This document shows positions 1-8,647 of a stretch of 64,000 nt of DNA, piece after piece (within the stretch, counting starts at the first letter, position 1; each line of letters starts with the position of its first letter). Source of the stretch: Deltaproteobacteria bacterium (GTDB lineage Bacteria; Myxococcota; Kuafuiibacteriia; Kuafuiibacteriales; Kuafuiibacteriaceae). The notes beneath the pieces were generated by a model. It worked only from the letters and a program-made list of their open reading frames with translations. It was not told where the DNA came from and ran no database searches. The position numbers and the translations under genes were made by a program. The stretch is from assembly GCA_040218735.1 (NCBI GenBank), contig JAVJQW010000062.1, positions 32,001-96,000 on the forward strand. The letters are read 5' to 3'.

Positions 1-1
1 G

Positions 2-1756
2 GGCACCTACCTGGCCGGCACGAACGACGTCACCGTCGCGTGTGACGGCGCGGCGACCTCGGCGACGCTCGCGGACGGATACCGGTTCGTCGCACCCCCG
101 GTCGTCACGTTGATTCAACCGGAGCCCGGCCTCGTCGTCGCGCCCGGCGCGGACCTGCACGTCGCGATGTCGGCGCGCGCCGACGGCGTTCAGCTCGCGC
201 TGCTCGAGCTGGCGGGACCCGCGTCGGTGCAGAAGGCACTGAGCGCCCCGTTCGACGTGTTCGACGCGCAGCTCCCAGCGCCGCAGAGCCCCGGGACCGT
301 GACGATCACGGGATCCGCCACCGACGACCTCGGGCAGACCTCGATCGCGCAGCGCCTCGTCTCGGTGGAGGTGCCGCAACCGGTGAGCCTCGAGCTCCTC
401 ACCTCCTCGTCGACGGTGGCGACCGGCGCGACGGTCGGCGTACACGTGTTGGTCACGCTGACGGACGGGACCGTCGTGGACCGAACTCCGCAGGCCTCGG
501 TGACCGTGACCTCGACCGCCGCCTCTGTCGTCGACTCGAGCCGATTGGTTACGGTGTCGCCCGGCGAGGTCACCATCAACGCGACCCTCGGAGCGCTCGC
601 GACCTCGTCATCGATCGTCGTCGTCGACGACGCCCTCGAGTTCGTGCACCCGCCGCTGTTCATGTCATTCCCGGCCGGGGCGTCGGCCGAGGTCGAGGTG
701 CACCGATTCAGCCTGGGCAATCGGACCGATGTCACCTCGCAGGTCACGCTGAGCTCCGACGACCCGGCGGTGGTCGACGTCGTTCAGGGCCTCCTGGTCG
801 CGACGGGCGTCGGCGACGCCACGATCACCGCTGCGCTCTCGTCGACGATGACCGACACCCTCCACGTTCGCGTACGACGCGACCTCGATGTGGAGAGCGG
901 CGAGGTCTTCGCGCTCCCGAACAATCAGGCCTTCGCTTCGGGTCGGATCGATGGCCGCGTCGAGGCCCACTGGACCTCCACTGGCGTGACCGCGTTCCGC
1001 TCGAACGCTACGGGCAGCGGCGTCCTCGTGATCAACGGAGCGTTTGTGGCGCACGGGCGCCCCGGTGGCCCCGCCGACGGCGGGCGCGGCGGCTTCGGCG
1101 GCGGCGGCGGGGGAGCCCGCAGCGGTTCTCCGGGCGGAGTCGGCGGCGACGGCGTACCCCCGGGTGATTCCACGGCCTCGAACCCCGCACCCATGTCGCC
1201 GGCCGGGTCCGGCGGCGGGTTCGGCACCGGCGGCCAAGGGGCGCGCGTCGAGGCCACCAGCGCGGGCGCGGGCGGCGGTGCACTCGGCCGAGGCGGCGAC
1301 GGCGGAGGAATTGTCGTCGCGTTCGGCGGCGCCATGTCCACGGTCGTTGGCTCCGGCGGGGGGGGTGGCGGCCACGGCGCGGGTGGCGGCGGCGCGGGCT
1401 CGTCCGTGACCTTCACGTGGAGCCGCGTCGTGCTCGACGGTGTACTCGACTTGCGCGGGGCACCGGGGGGAAGCGCCAACAGCGGTACCCCGGGTGGCGG
1501 CGGCGCCGGAGGCTTCGCGCGCTTCTGGAACGAGCTCGAGGGCAGCGGTGAGGTGATCGTCGCCGGGGGCCCAGGAGGATCTGGCAGCATCAGCGGCGGT
1601 GGCGGCGGGGCCGCCGGACGGATGGTGCTGCTCTTGGGGACACCCGACAGCGCCGCGCACCTCGTACGCGTCCACTATCGCGGAGGTCGCGCGGGTGAAG
1701 GGCCCCTCCCGGGCGAAGCCGGCGCGGCGGGCGGAACCTATCGATCCAGCTTTTGA
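2..1756 (+). CDS. Large surface protein (5' partial): Ig-like domains (IPT/TIG, Big_2-like) plus a glycine-rich C-terminal region
   Basis: The frame is open from base 2 (GTYLAGTNDVTVACDG...GYRFVAPPVVTLIQP, typical of an IPT/TIG end), so the TTG at 110 is probably internal. Big_2-like segments (TDVTSQVTLSSDDPAVVDV) precede GGGGG-rich tracts. Confidence 0.7.
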   Translation, partial: GTYLAGTNDVTVACDGAATSATLADGYRFVAPPVVTLIQPEPGLVVAPGADLHVAMSARADGVQLALLELAGPASVQKALSAPFDVFDAQLPAPQSPGTVTITGSATDDLGQTSIAQRLVSVEVPQPVSLELLTSSSTVATGATVGVHVLVTLTDGTVVDRTPQASVTVTSTAASVVDSSRLVTVSPGEVTINATLGALATSSSIVVVDDALEFVHPPLFMSFPAGASAEVEVHRFSLGNRTDVTSQVTLSSDDPAVVDVVQGLLVATGVGDATITAALSSTMTDTLHVRVRRDLDVESGEVFALPNNQAFASGRIDGRVEAHWTSTGVTAFRSNATGSGVLVINGAFVAHGRPGGPADGGRGGFGGGGGGARSGSPGGVGGDGVPPGDSTASNPAPMSPAGSGGGFGTGGQGARVEATSAGAGGGALGRGGDGGGIVVAFGGAMSTVVGSGGGGGGHGAGGGGAGSSVTFTWSRVVLDGVLDLRGAPGGSANSGTPGGGGAGGFARFWNELEGSGEVIVAGGPGGSGSISGGGGGAAGRMVLLLGTPDSAAHLVRVHYRGGRAGEGPLPGEAGAAGGTYRSSF

Positions 1757-1765
1757 GGCGGGCGG

Positions 1766-4339
1766 CTACTTCGCTGCGTAACCCGTGTGCTCGATGAGCA
1801 CCGTCTCCAGCTCCGCCTCGGTCAGCTTCGCGGAGTGTTTCCACACGACCTCGCCCTGCGGCGAGATGAGCACCGTGTAGGGGAGCGAACCGTCGAAGGC
1901 GAGCTTCGGGTCCACCTCGGCCTCCGTGTAGTCGTCCGAGATGCGCAAGGCCGAGGTCGTGGGGACCTGGATCGATTGCATGAACGTCTTCGCGGCGTCG
2001 AGGCCGTCGGCGTCCTCGACCGCGACGACCGTGAAGCGCTGCCCGCGGGCCTCGAACTTGTTGCCGACGCGCGCCATGAAGTCCTTCAGCTCCAGCTTGC
2101 AGGGCGCGCACCACGTGGCCCAGAGGTTCACGAGCGTCCACTTGCCGGGCGCGATGGCGCAGGTCGCGGCGCCGTCCGAGAGGCGCTCCGCGACGAGCTT
2201 CACCTTACCCGAGCAGACGTCCGTGCCGGCCTTCGCGAGCTTCGGCTCCGACGCGGCGGGTGATGCAGCTTCGTTCTTGGCGATCGAATCCAGGAGGAAC
2301 TGCCGGAACTCCTCCGGGTCGTTCGTCGAGCTGGCGAAGGTCCCGAGCACAGTCCCGTCCGCGCGCTCCACCGAGTAGTGCGGCAGCGCCGCCGTCTGGA
2401 AGCGTTCCACCTGCGACAGGCGGTTTCGCTTGTGCTCGTCGCGCCGGCCGTCCGTGTACAGCTCCACCAGCACCATCGTGTTCAGCACACTCGCGATCTC
2501 GGGCCGCGGGAAGACGCCGCCCTCCATGTACCGGCAGTTGGTGCAGTTGAAGCCGGTGTAGTTCACGAAGACGAGCTTGCCCTGCGCCTTCGCGAGGCCG
2601 CGCCCCTCGTCGAGGTCGTGCACCCACGCGAGGGTCGGCTGCGCCGCCGCGCCCCCGCCGCCCCCGCGCGCGACGGCCACCTGGTTCGCGGGCGGCAGCC
2701 ACCCGTCGATCCACCCGCCGAACGTCCGCGCGTTGAACAGCCCCACCGCGAGGTAGATCGACAGCGTGAACATCGCCGCGCCCGAGAGGACCTGCGGCAC
2801 CGACACGCCGGCGTCGGGGCTCGACACGGCCTCGTGGCCGATGCGGATCTTGCCGATGAGGAACAGGCCGCACAGCACGAACAGCGGGATCCAGATCGAG
2901 AGCACGAGATCGCGCGTGAGGATCTCCGTCTCCCAGACGAGATCCGCGTTGCTGAGGAACTTCGTCGCCGCCGCCATCTCCAGGAAGCCAAGCGTCACGC
3001 GCGTCGCCGAGAGCCAGCCGCCCGCCTTGCCCTGCAGCCGCTTCGCGGCCTGCGGGAACATCGCGAGGAAGAAGAAGGGCAGCGCAAACGCCGTCGAGAA
3101 CGAGAGCATCCCGACCGTCGGCCAGACCCACTCACCCTGCGCCGCTTGCACGAGCACGAGCCCGACGAAGCCGACCGTGCACGTGAAGAACACCGTCGTC
3201 GCGGTGAGCGCGGCGATCGCGACGACGAGGTAGTCCCCGATCCCGCCGCCCTTCTTCTGGGCCCCGACGCCGAGCGCCGCGGCGCGGCCGAACTTCATCT
3301 CGAGTTTGTTGACGCCCGACACCAAGAACGCCGGCGGGCGAATCTCGAACAGCCCGAGCAGGTTCAGCGCGAAGAACACCAGCACCGCGCCGAGCACGAG
3401 GTTGAACACCGGGTGACCCGCGAAGTCGCTCACCCCGGTGACGCCGAAGAGGATGGAGATGAGGACACCCGCCGCCGTGTACGCGAGCACCATCGTCAGC
3501 GCGTAGACGCCCGCGAGCCGCGCGCCGCGCGCGAAGTTCTCCTCCGAGTACTTGGAGAAGAACGAGATCGTGAGCGGAATGGCCGGGAAGACACACGGCG
3601 TCGCGAGCGCCGCGAGCCCGAAGCCGAACGCGGCGAGCAGGAACGCGAGCAGGCCGCCCTCCCCCGGCGACGCCTTCTTGGGCTGTTGCGTCGCGACCTT
3701 CGCGGGCTCGGACGGCGGCGCACGCACCACCATCGCCGCGACGGTGAGCTTGCCCCCCGTCAGGGTCGGCGCCGCGGCGCCGGTCGCGAAGTCCGCGACA
3801 GTGAACGCGAGCGGCACCCGCTTGTTCTGCGGGATGCAGCGGCCTTCGTTGCAGATCTGGCCGTCAATCAGGACGTGCGTGCTGGCTTCACCGGAGGCGG
3901 CGTCGTTCGCGACCTGGAAGTGACGCGACAGCGCGACCTTCCCCTCCTTGTACTGCGCGCGGTCGCCCTCGAAGCCGCGGTCGTAGACCATCACCGGCGT
4001 GTCGCCGTGCCAGTCGCCGACGAGCGTGCCCGGCGCGCCCTCCTCGATCGACAGCTCGAGCGGCTGCGGCCCTTCCCCGGGATCGAGGCTCCACAGGTGC
4101 CACCCCTCGGGGACGTCGATCGTCAGATCGAGACGCCCCGTCTCCCCCGGGCCCAGCGCCGAGGGCTCGACCTTCGCGTCGACCGAGATGCTGGGATCCG
4201 CCGCCCACGCCGAAGGCGCCGCGAGCAGTCCCAGGAGCGCAAGAATGGAGGCTCGACCACACACCGCGCTCCACGATCGCCCTTTGGGCCATCGGGAGCA
4301 ACCGTCGAGACGACCCTGGCTGACCCTGACACTGGACAT
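1766..4339 (-). CDS. dsbD: Protein-disulfide reductase DsbD family, fused to an extra C-terminal TlpA-like thioredoxin
   Basis: Signal peptide; N-domain QICNEGRCIP; TM domain with TPCVFP and FTCT; thioredoxin with CTNC; second thioredoxin NLWATWCAPC. True start may lie slightly downstream of 4339. Confidence 0.85.
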   Translation of the reverse strand: MSSVRVSQGRLDGCSRWPKGRSWSAVCGRASILALLGLLAAPSAWAADPSISVDAKVEPSALGPGETGRLDLTIDVPEGWHLWSLDPGEGPQPLELSIEEGAPGTLVGDWHGDTPVMVYDRGFEGDRAQYKEGKVALSRHFQVANDAASGEASTHVLIDGQICNEGRCIPQNKRVPLAFTVADFATGAAAPTLTGGKLTVAAMVVRAPPSEPAKVATQQPKKASPGEGGLLAFLLAAFGFGLAALATPCVFPAIPLTISFFSKYSEENFARGARLAGVYALTMVLAYTAAGVLISILFGVTGVSDFAGHPVFNLVLGAVLVFFALNLLGLFEIRPPAFLVSGVNKLEMKFGRAAALGVGAQKKGGGIGDYLVVAIAALTATTVFFTCTVGFVGLVLVQAAQGEWVWPTVGMLSFSTAFALPFFFLAMFPQAAKRLQGKAGGWLSATRVTLGFLEMAAATKFLSNADLVWETEILTRDLVLSIWIPLFVLCGLFLIGKIRIGHEAVSSPDAGVSVPQVLSGAAMFTLSIYLAVGLFNARTFGGWIDGWLPPANQVAVARGGGGGAAAQPTLAWVHDLDEGRGLAKAQGKLVFVNYTGFNCTNCRYMEGGVFPRPEIASVLNTMVLVELYTDGRRDEHKRNRLSQVERFQTAALPHYSVERADGTVLGTFASSTNDPEEFRQFLLDSIAKNEAASPAASEPKLAKAGTDVCSGKVKLVAERLSDGAATCAIAPGKWTLVNLWATWCAPCKLELKDFMARVGNKFEARGQRFTVVAVEDADGLDAAKTFMQSIQVPTTSALRISDDYTEAEVDPKLAFDGSLPYTVLISPQGEVVWKHSAKLTEAELETVLIEHTGYAAK

Positions 4340-4375
4340 GGCTTGCGTTCCACCATAACCGGGTGATCCGCGAAC

Positions 4376-5617
4376 GTGTTCCCACCCGACGACAACGAGC
4401 CGCGGCTGCTCACCTGGACCCGGAACCCCGAGGTTCGGCAGACGCTGATCACCACCTGGCGGCGGGTGCGCAGGACCTCGATCCTCGTGGGTCTGTGGCT
4501 GTTCCTGGCGGTGGTCCTCGTGTGGTTCCGCGGGGTTCTGCTCCCGTTCGGCCTCGCGTTCCTCCTCGCGTTCATCCTCGACCCCGCGGTCGACTTCCTC
4601 TCGAAGCGCCCCTTCGCCGGCCGCCGGTTCCCGCGCGTCGCGTGGGTCATCGGCATCTACGTGGTCGCCATCAGCTTCCTCGCGGTGTTCGGGGCCTGGG
4701 CCATCGCGCAGATCGGCCGGGAGCTGGCGGGGCTCGGACAGGTCACCAAGACCATCGTCGCGGACGTCACGGCCCTCGCGACCAACCTCCTCGACGCCGC
4801 CGAGCGCTTCGCCGAGACCAACGCCCTCCCCGTCGACCGCGAAGCCATCGAAGCGGTGATTCAGAAGAACATCCGCGGCTTCGCGGCCGAGGTCAGCCAG
4901 AACGCGACCTCACTCGTGAGCCTCGGCTCCAACATCGTCGGCGTCACGTTCCGCGCCGTCTTCGGCAGCTTCCTCGTCCTGATGCTCACCGCGTTCATCA
5001 GCATCGACCGCGCGCGCATCCTGAAGTTCTTCTACTCACTCGTCCCGCCCGAGGTCCGCGGCTCCTACCGCACGATCCTCAAGGGGATGAGCGTCGGTCT
5101 CGCGGGGGTCGTGCGCGGCCAAGCGATGATCTGCCTCGCCAACGGCGTGCTCACGTTCGTCGGCCTGTGGCTCCTCGACGTGAAGCTCCCGCTGATCCTC
5201 GCGTCGATCGCGACGGTCTTCTCGCTCATCCCGATCTTCGGCTCGATCCTCTCCACGATCCCCATCGTGACGATGGCGATCACCGACTCCTTCGCGAAGG
5301 GGGTCTTCGCCCTCCTGTGGATCATCGGCATCCACCTCGTGGAGGCCAACTTCCTCAACCCGAAGATCATGGGCGACGCCGCCAAGATCCACCCGGTCAT
5401 CGTGGTGTTCGTGCTGATCGTCGGGGAGTCGACCGCCGGCCTGATCGGGGCGCTCTTCGCGGTGCCGATCGCCGCCGTGGTCATCACGGTCTTCAAGTTC
5501 CTGCACCGCCGCGCGCTCGCGAACGACGCCGGCACCGCGCGCTCGCCCTCCGTCTACGACGGCGTGCCCCCGACCCTCTCCACCCCGAGCGCGCCCCAAG
5601 AGCCCGCTTCGAAGTAG
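4376..5617 (+). CDS. AI-2E (PerM/UPF0118) family transporter
   Basis: Multi-TM protein with LAFILDPAV, IPIFGSIL, EANFLNPKIMG, HPVIV and GALFAVP motifs. Confidence 0.9.
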   Translation: MFPPDDNEPRLLTWTRNPEVRQTLITTWRRVRRTSILVGLWLFLAVVLVWFRGVLLPFGLAFLLAFILDPAVDFLSKRPFAGRRFPRVAWVIGIYVVAISFLAVFGAWAIAQIGRELAGLGQVTKTIVADVTALATNLLDAAERFAETNALPVDREAIEAVIQKNIRGFAAEVSQNATSLVSLGSNIVGVTFRAVFGSFLVLMLTAFISIDRARILKFFYSLVPPEVRGSYRTILKGMSVGLAGVVRGQAMICLANGVLTFVGLWLLDVKLPLILASIATVFSLIPIFGSILSTIPIVTMAITDSFAKGVFALLWIIGIHLVEANFLNPKIMGDAAKIHPVIVVFVLIVGESTAGLIGALFAVPIAAVVITVFKFLHRRALANDAGTARSPSVYDGVPPTLSTPSAPQEPASK

Positions 5618-5624
5618 ACTGGTC

Positions 5625-8102
5625 GTGGTGTCGCGCAGGGCCCTCGGACTCGCCGCGCTCATCGGGCTGCTCTTCGGCTGTCCGACGCCCGAGTACGTCT
5701 ACCCGCCGGGGCCCCCCGCGATCCTCCGGCTCGACGTCGTCCCGAACGTCTTCGATCCCGGCGAGGTCGTCCTCGTCCGCTGGAGAGTGCAGGACGCCGA
5801 CAGCGTGCAGCTCACGCTCGGCGACGCCGCGGCGATCGGCGTCGGCGCCGAGGGTGAGATGTCCTTCACCCCGAGCACCAGCGGCGACGTCGTGCTCGTC
5901 GCGACCAGCGCGGGCGGCGAACGACGCGGGCGCGTCGCGTACACCCTCCGCAACCCGTCGCCGGTGCAGGTGCTCCGGTTCCTCGCCGAGCCACAGCTCG
6001 TACGCCCGGGCGAGCCGGTCACGCTGCGGTGGGAGACGCAGAACGCGACGCACATCCGCATTCGCAGCAGCGACGGCGAGTCGTACTACGACGGCAACGA
6101 CGCATCGAGCGCCCTGACGATCCGCCCGACGCGGAGCCTGCAGATCACCCTCACGGCCGAAGGCTTCGGCGGTCCCGTGGTCAGCGCGTTGTCGATCTCG
6201 ACCGAAGAGGGGCTCCCGTTCATCTACAACTTCTCCGCGGATCCGCCCGTCATCTCCTCACGCGACACGCCGCGCGTCGCGTGGCTCACCGGCCGCGCGA
6301 CCCGCGTCGAGCTCAGCGAGCGCATCGACGACGCCTGGGTCGTCCTCCACAGCGAACCCGCTTCCCTGCAGACGGTCTGGTACGCGCTCGACGCCACACC
6401 CGGCACGCGGCGCTTCCGACTCGAGGCGAGGAACGCGAGCGGCTCCACCTTCGCGGAGGCGACGGCCGTGGTGCTCGAGACCCGCGAGCCGATCATCCAG
6501 ACGTTCACCGCGACCCCGACCGTGAACGGCTTCGGCGGCACTGTTCGACTCGCCTGGGGCGCCGTCGGCGCGAGTGACGTCCGCATCGACGCTGCGGGTC
6601 AGCAGGTCGCCGGCAACCTTCCGCTCTACGGGAGCCGCGCGTTCATGCTGTTCGACGACGTGGAGCTCGTCCTGATCGCGCGCGACGACTTCGGCGCGCA
6701 GACCTCCTCCATCGCGTCGATCACCATCGACACCAGCCGGCCGCGCATCCAGCAGTTCCTCGTCAACCCGACGCACGTCGTCCACGGCGAGCCGGTGCAG
6801 CTGCGCCACTTCGTCGACGGCGCCGACGCGGTCGAGGTGCGAACGGAGGAAGGCGTCGTCATCCCGCTCGACCCGAGCGGCCTCACGACTTGGGTGCCCG
6901 ACCGGACCACGATCCTCACCCTCCGCGCGCGCAACGCGTTCGGGCCGACGGTCATCGAGCGCCGCGTCTCGGTGGGCGCGCTCCCCGCCATCGAACAGTT
7001 CACCGTCGACGACCTCGTGGTCCGCAACGGACGCGAGACCGAAGCGCGGTGGCGAACCCAAAACGCCATCTCGACGCGGCTCCTCCTCCGCGGGTTCGCC
7101 AACCCGGTGGATCCGGACAGCGGCTCCGCCCGCATTTTTGTGAGCAGCGCCGAGCCCGTCCCGTTGGAGCTACAGGTGTCCGGCGCCGGGGGCTACATCG
7201 TCACGGCCACCGTGACCGTCGATGGCCTCGAGGCCGTGCAGGGCCCGGGCGTCGAAGTCGAACCGAACGACGGTCCGACGACGGCCCACGTCCTCGACCC
7301 GACCGAATCTCCGACCGTCACGGGCACCGTCGCCGCGAGCGACGAAGACTGGTTCTTCGTCAGCACCGGTTTTGGGCGGCGCCTCCAGAGCTTCGACACC
7401 GCGCCCGCCGGCGGGCAGTGCCCGGGGCTCCGAGTCTCATTCTTCGTCGACGACGAAACCGGCAACGCGCTCGGCCCGCTGGGGGTCTTCGGCGGGCCCG
7501 GCGTCTGCCCCGCCGCCACCGCGCACGAGCTCCCGTTGCTCGCGGACCTCCCGCTCGGGTTCCTCGTTCGCATCGACCGACCGCCCGGCGCACTCACGAG
7601 CACGAGCTCGTATGCCTTCACGCTGACGACGGCGATCAGCCGATGCTCCGACCTGGTGCTCGACCGCGCCGAGACCTGCGACGACGGCAACGTCCAGCCG
7701 AACGACGGCTGCGACGACGAGTGCCACGACGAGAGCTCGGACGAACAGGAGCCGAACTTCACGACGACGCTCGCGGATCCGCTCGTCGTTGCGACGCCGC
7801 TGTTCGGTCGCCTGGCTCCGGATGACGTCGACCTCTTCTACTTCGACGTGGAGCCGAATCAAGGCGGCCCCGTCTCGGTGACGCTGACGTCGCTGAACGG
7901 CTCGTGCGGCATCGACGCATCGCTCGAGCTGTTCAACGACTTCGGCCAGCTCCTCCTGCGGCGTGAAGACGTCAACGGCTGCACCACGCTCGACGGTCCG
8001 TTCGCCGTGCTCCCCGAGGGGCGGTACTTCGTCCAGATCGAAGCCGGGCTCGGCGCCGTCCTTCCGGTCCGCGCCTCGTATCGCCTCACCCTACAGAGGT
8101 AG
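5625..8102 (+). CDS. Lipoprotein with tandem Ig-like repeats, a myxobacterial Cys-rich repeat and PPC-like domains
   Basis: Lipobox LLFGC; repeated I..F.A.P..V..GE.V.L.W units; EVEPND and QEPN motifs; ETCDDGNVQPNDGCDDEC repeat. Confidence 0.75.
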   Translation: MVSRRALGLAALIGLLFGCPTPEYVYPPGPPAILRLDVVPNVFDPGEVVLVRWRVQDADSVQLTLGDAAAIGVGAEGEMSFTPSTSGDVVLVATSAGGERRGRVAYTLRNPSPVQVLRFLAEPQLVRPGEPVTLRWETQNATHIRIRSSDGESYYDGNDASSALTIRPTRSLQITLTAEGFGGPVVSALSISTEEGLPFIYNFSADPPVISSRDTPRVAWLTGRATRVELSERIDDAWVVLHSEPASLQTVWYALDATPGTRRFRLEARNASGSTFAEATAVVLETREPIIQTFTATPTVNGFGGTVRLAWGAVGASDVRIDAAGQQVAGNLPLYGSRAFMLFDDVELVLIARDDFGAQTSSIASITIDTSRPRIQQFLVNPTHVVHGEPVQLRHFVDGADAVEVRTEEGVVIPLDPSGLTTWVPDRTTILTLRARNAFGPTVIERRVSVGALPAIEQFTVDDLVVRNGRETEARWRTQNAISTRLLLRGFANPVDPDSGSARIFVSSAEPVPLELQVSGAGGYIVTATVTVDGLEAVQGPGVEVEPNDGPTTAHVLDPTESPTVTGTVAASDEDWFFVSTGFGRRLQSFDTAPAGGQCPGLRVSFFVDDETGNALGPLGVFGGPGVCPAATAHELPLLADLPLGFLVRIDRPPGALTSTSSYAFTLTTAISRCSDLVLDRAETCDDGNVQPNDGCDDECHDESSDEQEPNFTTTLADPLVVATPLFGRLAPDDVDLFYFDVEPNQGGPVSVTLTSLNGSCGIDASLELFNDFGQLLLRREDVNGCTTLDGPFAVLPEGRYFVQIEAGLGAVLPVRASYRLTLQR

Positions 8103-8143
8103 GACTCGACAACGGCCAGACGCCGTGGGAAGCCCGTGGGCGC

Positions 8144-8560
8144 GTGATCTCGACGGTCGAGAAAGTCCTCTTCTTGAAGTCGATCGATCTGTTCAGCCAG
8201 ATCCCCGGCGAAGATCTCGCGCGGGTCGCGCAGATCGCGGAGGAGATCGACTTCGAGCCCTCCGACGTCGTCATCACCGAGGGTGAGATCGGCGACTCGA
8301 TGTACCTGATCGTGGACGGCCGCGTTCAGGTCTACAAAGGCGACCGCCTCGTCGTGGAGCTCGGGGAGCGCGAGTGCGTCGGCGAGATGGCCATCCTCGA
8401 CAGCGAGCCGCGCAGCGCGACCGTGAAGACGCAGTCGGCGGTCCGCGCGCTGAAGATCGAGCGCGAGGACTTCTACGACCTGATGAACGAAAAGCTCGAG
8501 ATCGCGCAGGGCATCATCAAGGTCCTCACGCGTCGGCTCCGTAAGACCACCGCGCGTTGA
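8144..8560 (+). CDS. Stand-alone cyclic-nucleotide-binding domain protein
   Basis: EGEIGDSMYLIVDGRV...GEMAILDSEPRSATV phosphate-binding cassette; no HTH domain. Confidence 0.9.
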   Translation: MISTVEKVLFLKSIDLFSQIPGEDLARVAQIAEEIDFEPSDVVITEGEIGDSMYLIVDGRVQVYKGDRLVVELGERECVGEMAILDSEPRSATVKTQSAVRALKIEREDFYDLMNEKLEIAQGIIKVLTRRLRKTTAR

Positions 8561-8647
8561 TCCCCCCGGGTTGATCCCCTTCCGTCGGCCGTTAGAGACC
8601 TGACACCCGTCGGACATTGTCACCACCGTCGGTCGGTTTTTCGTTGG

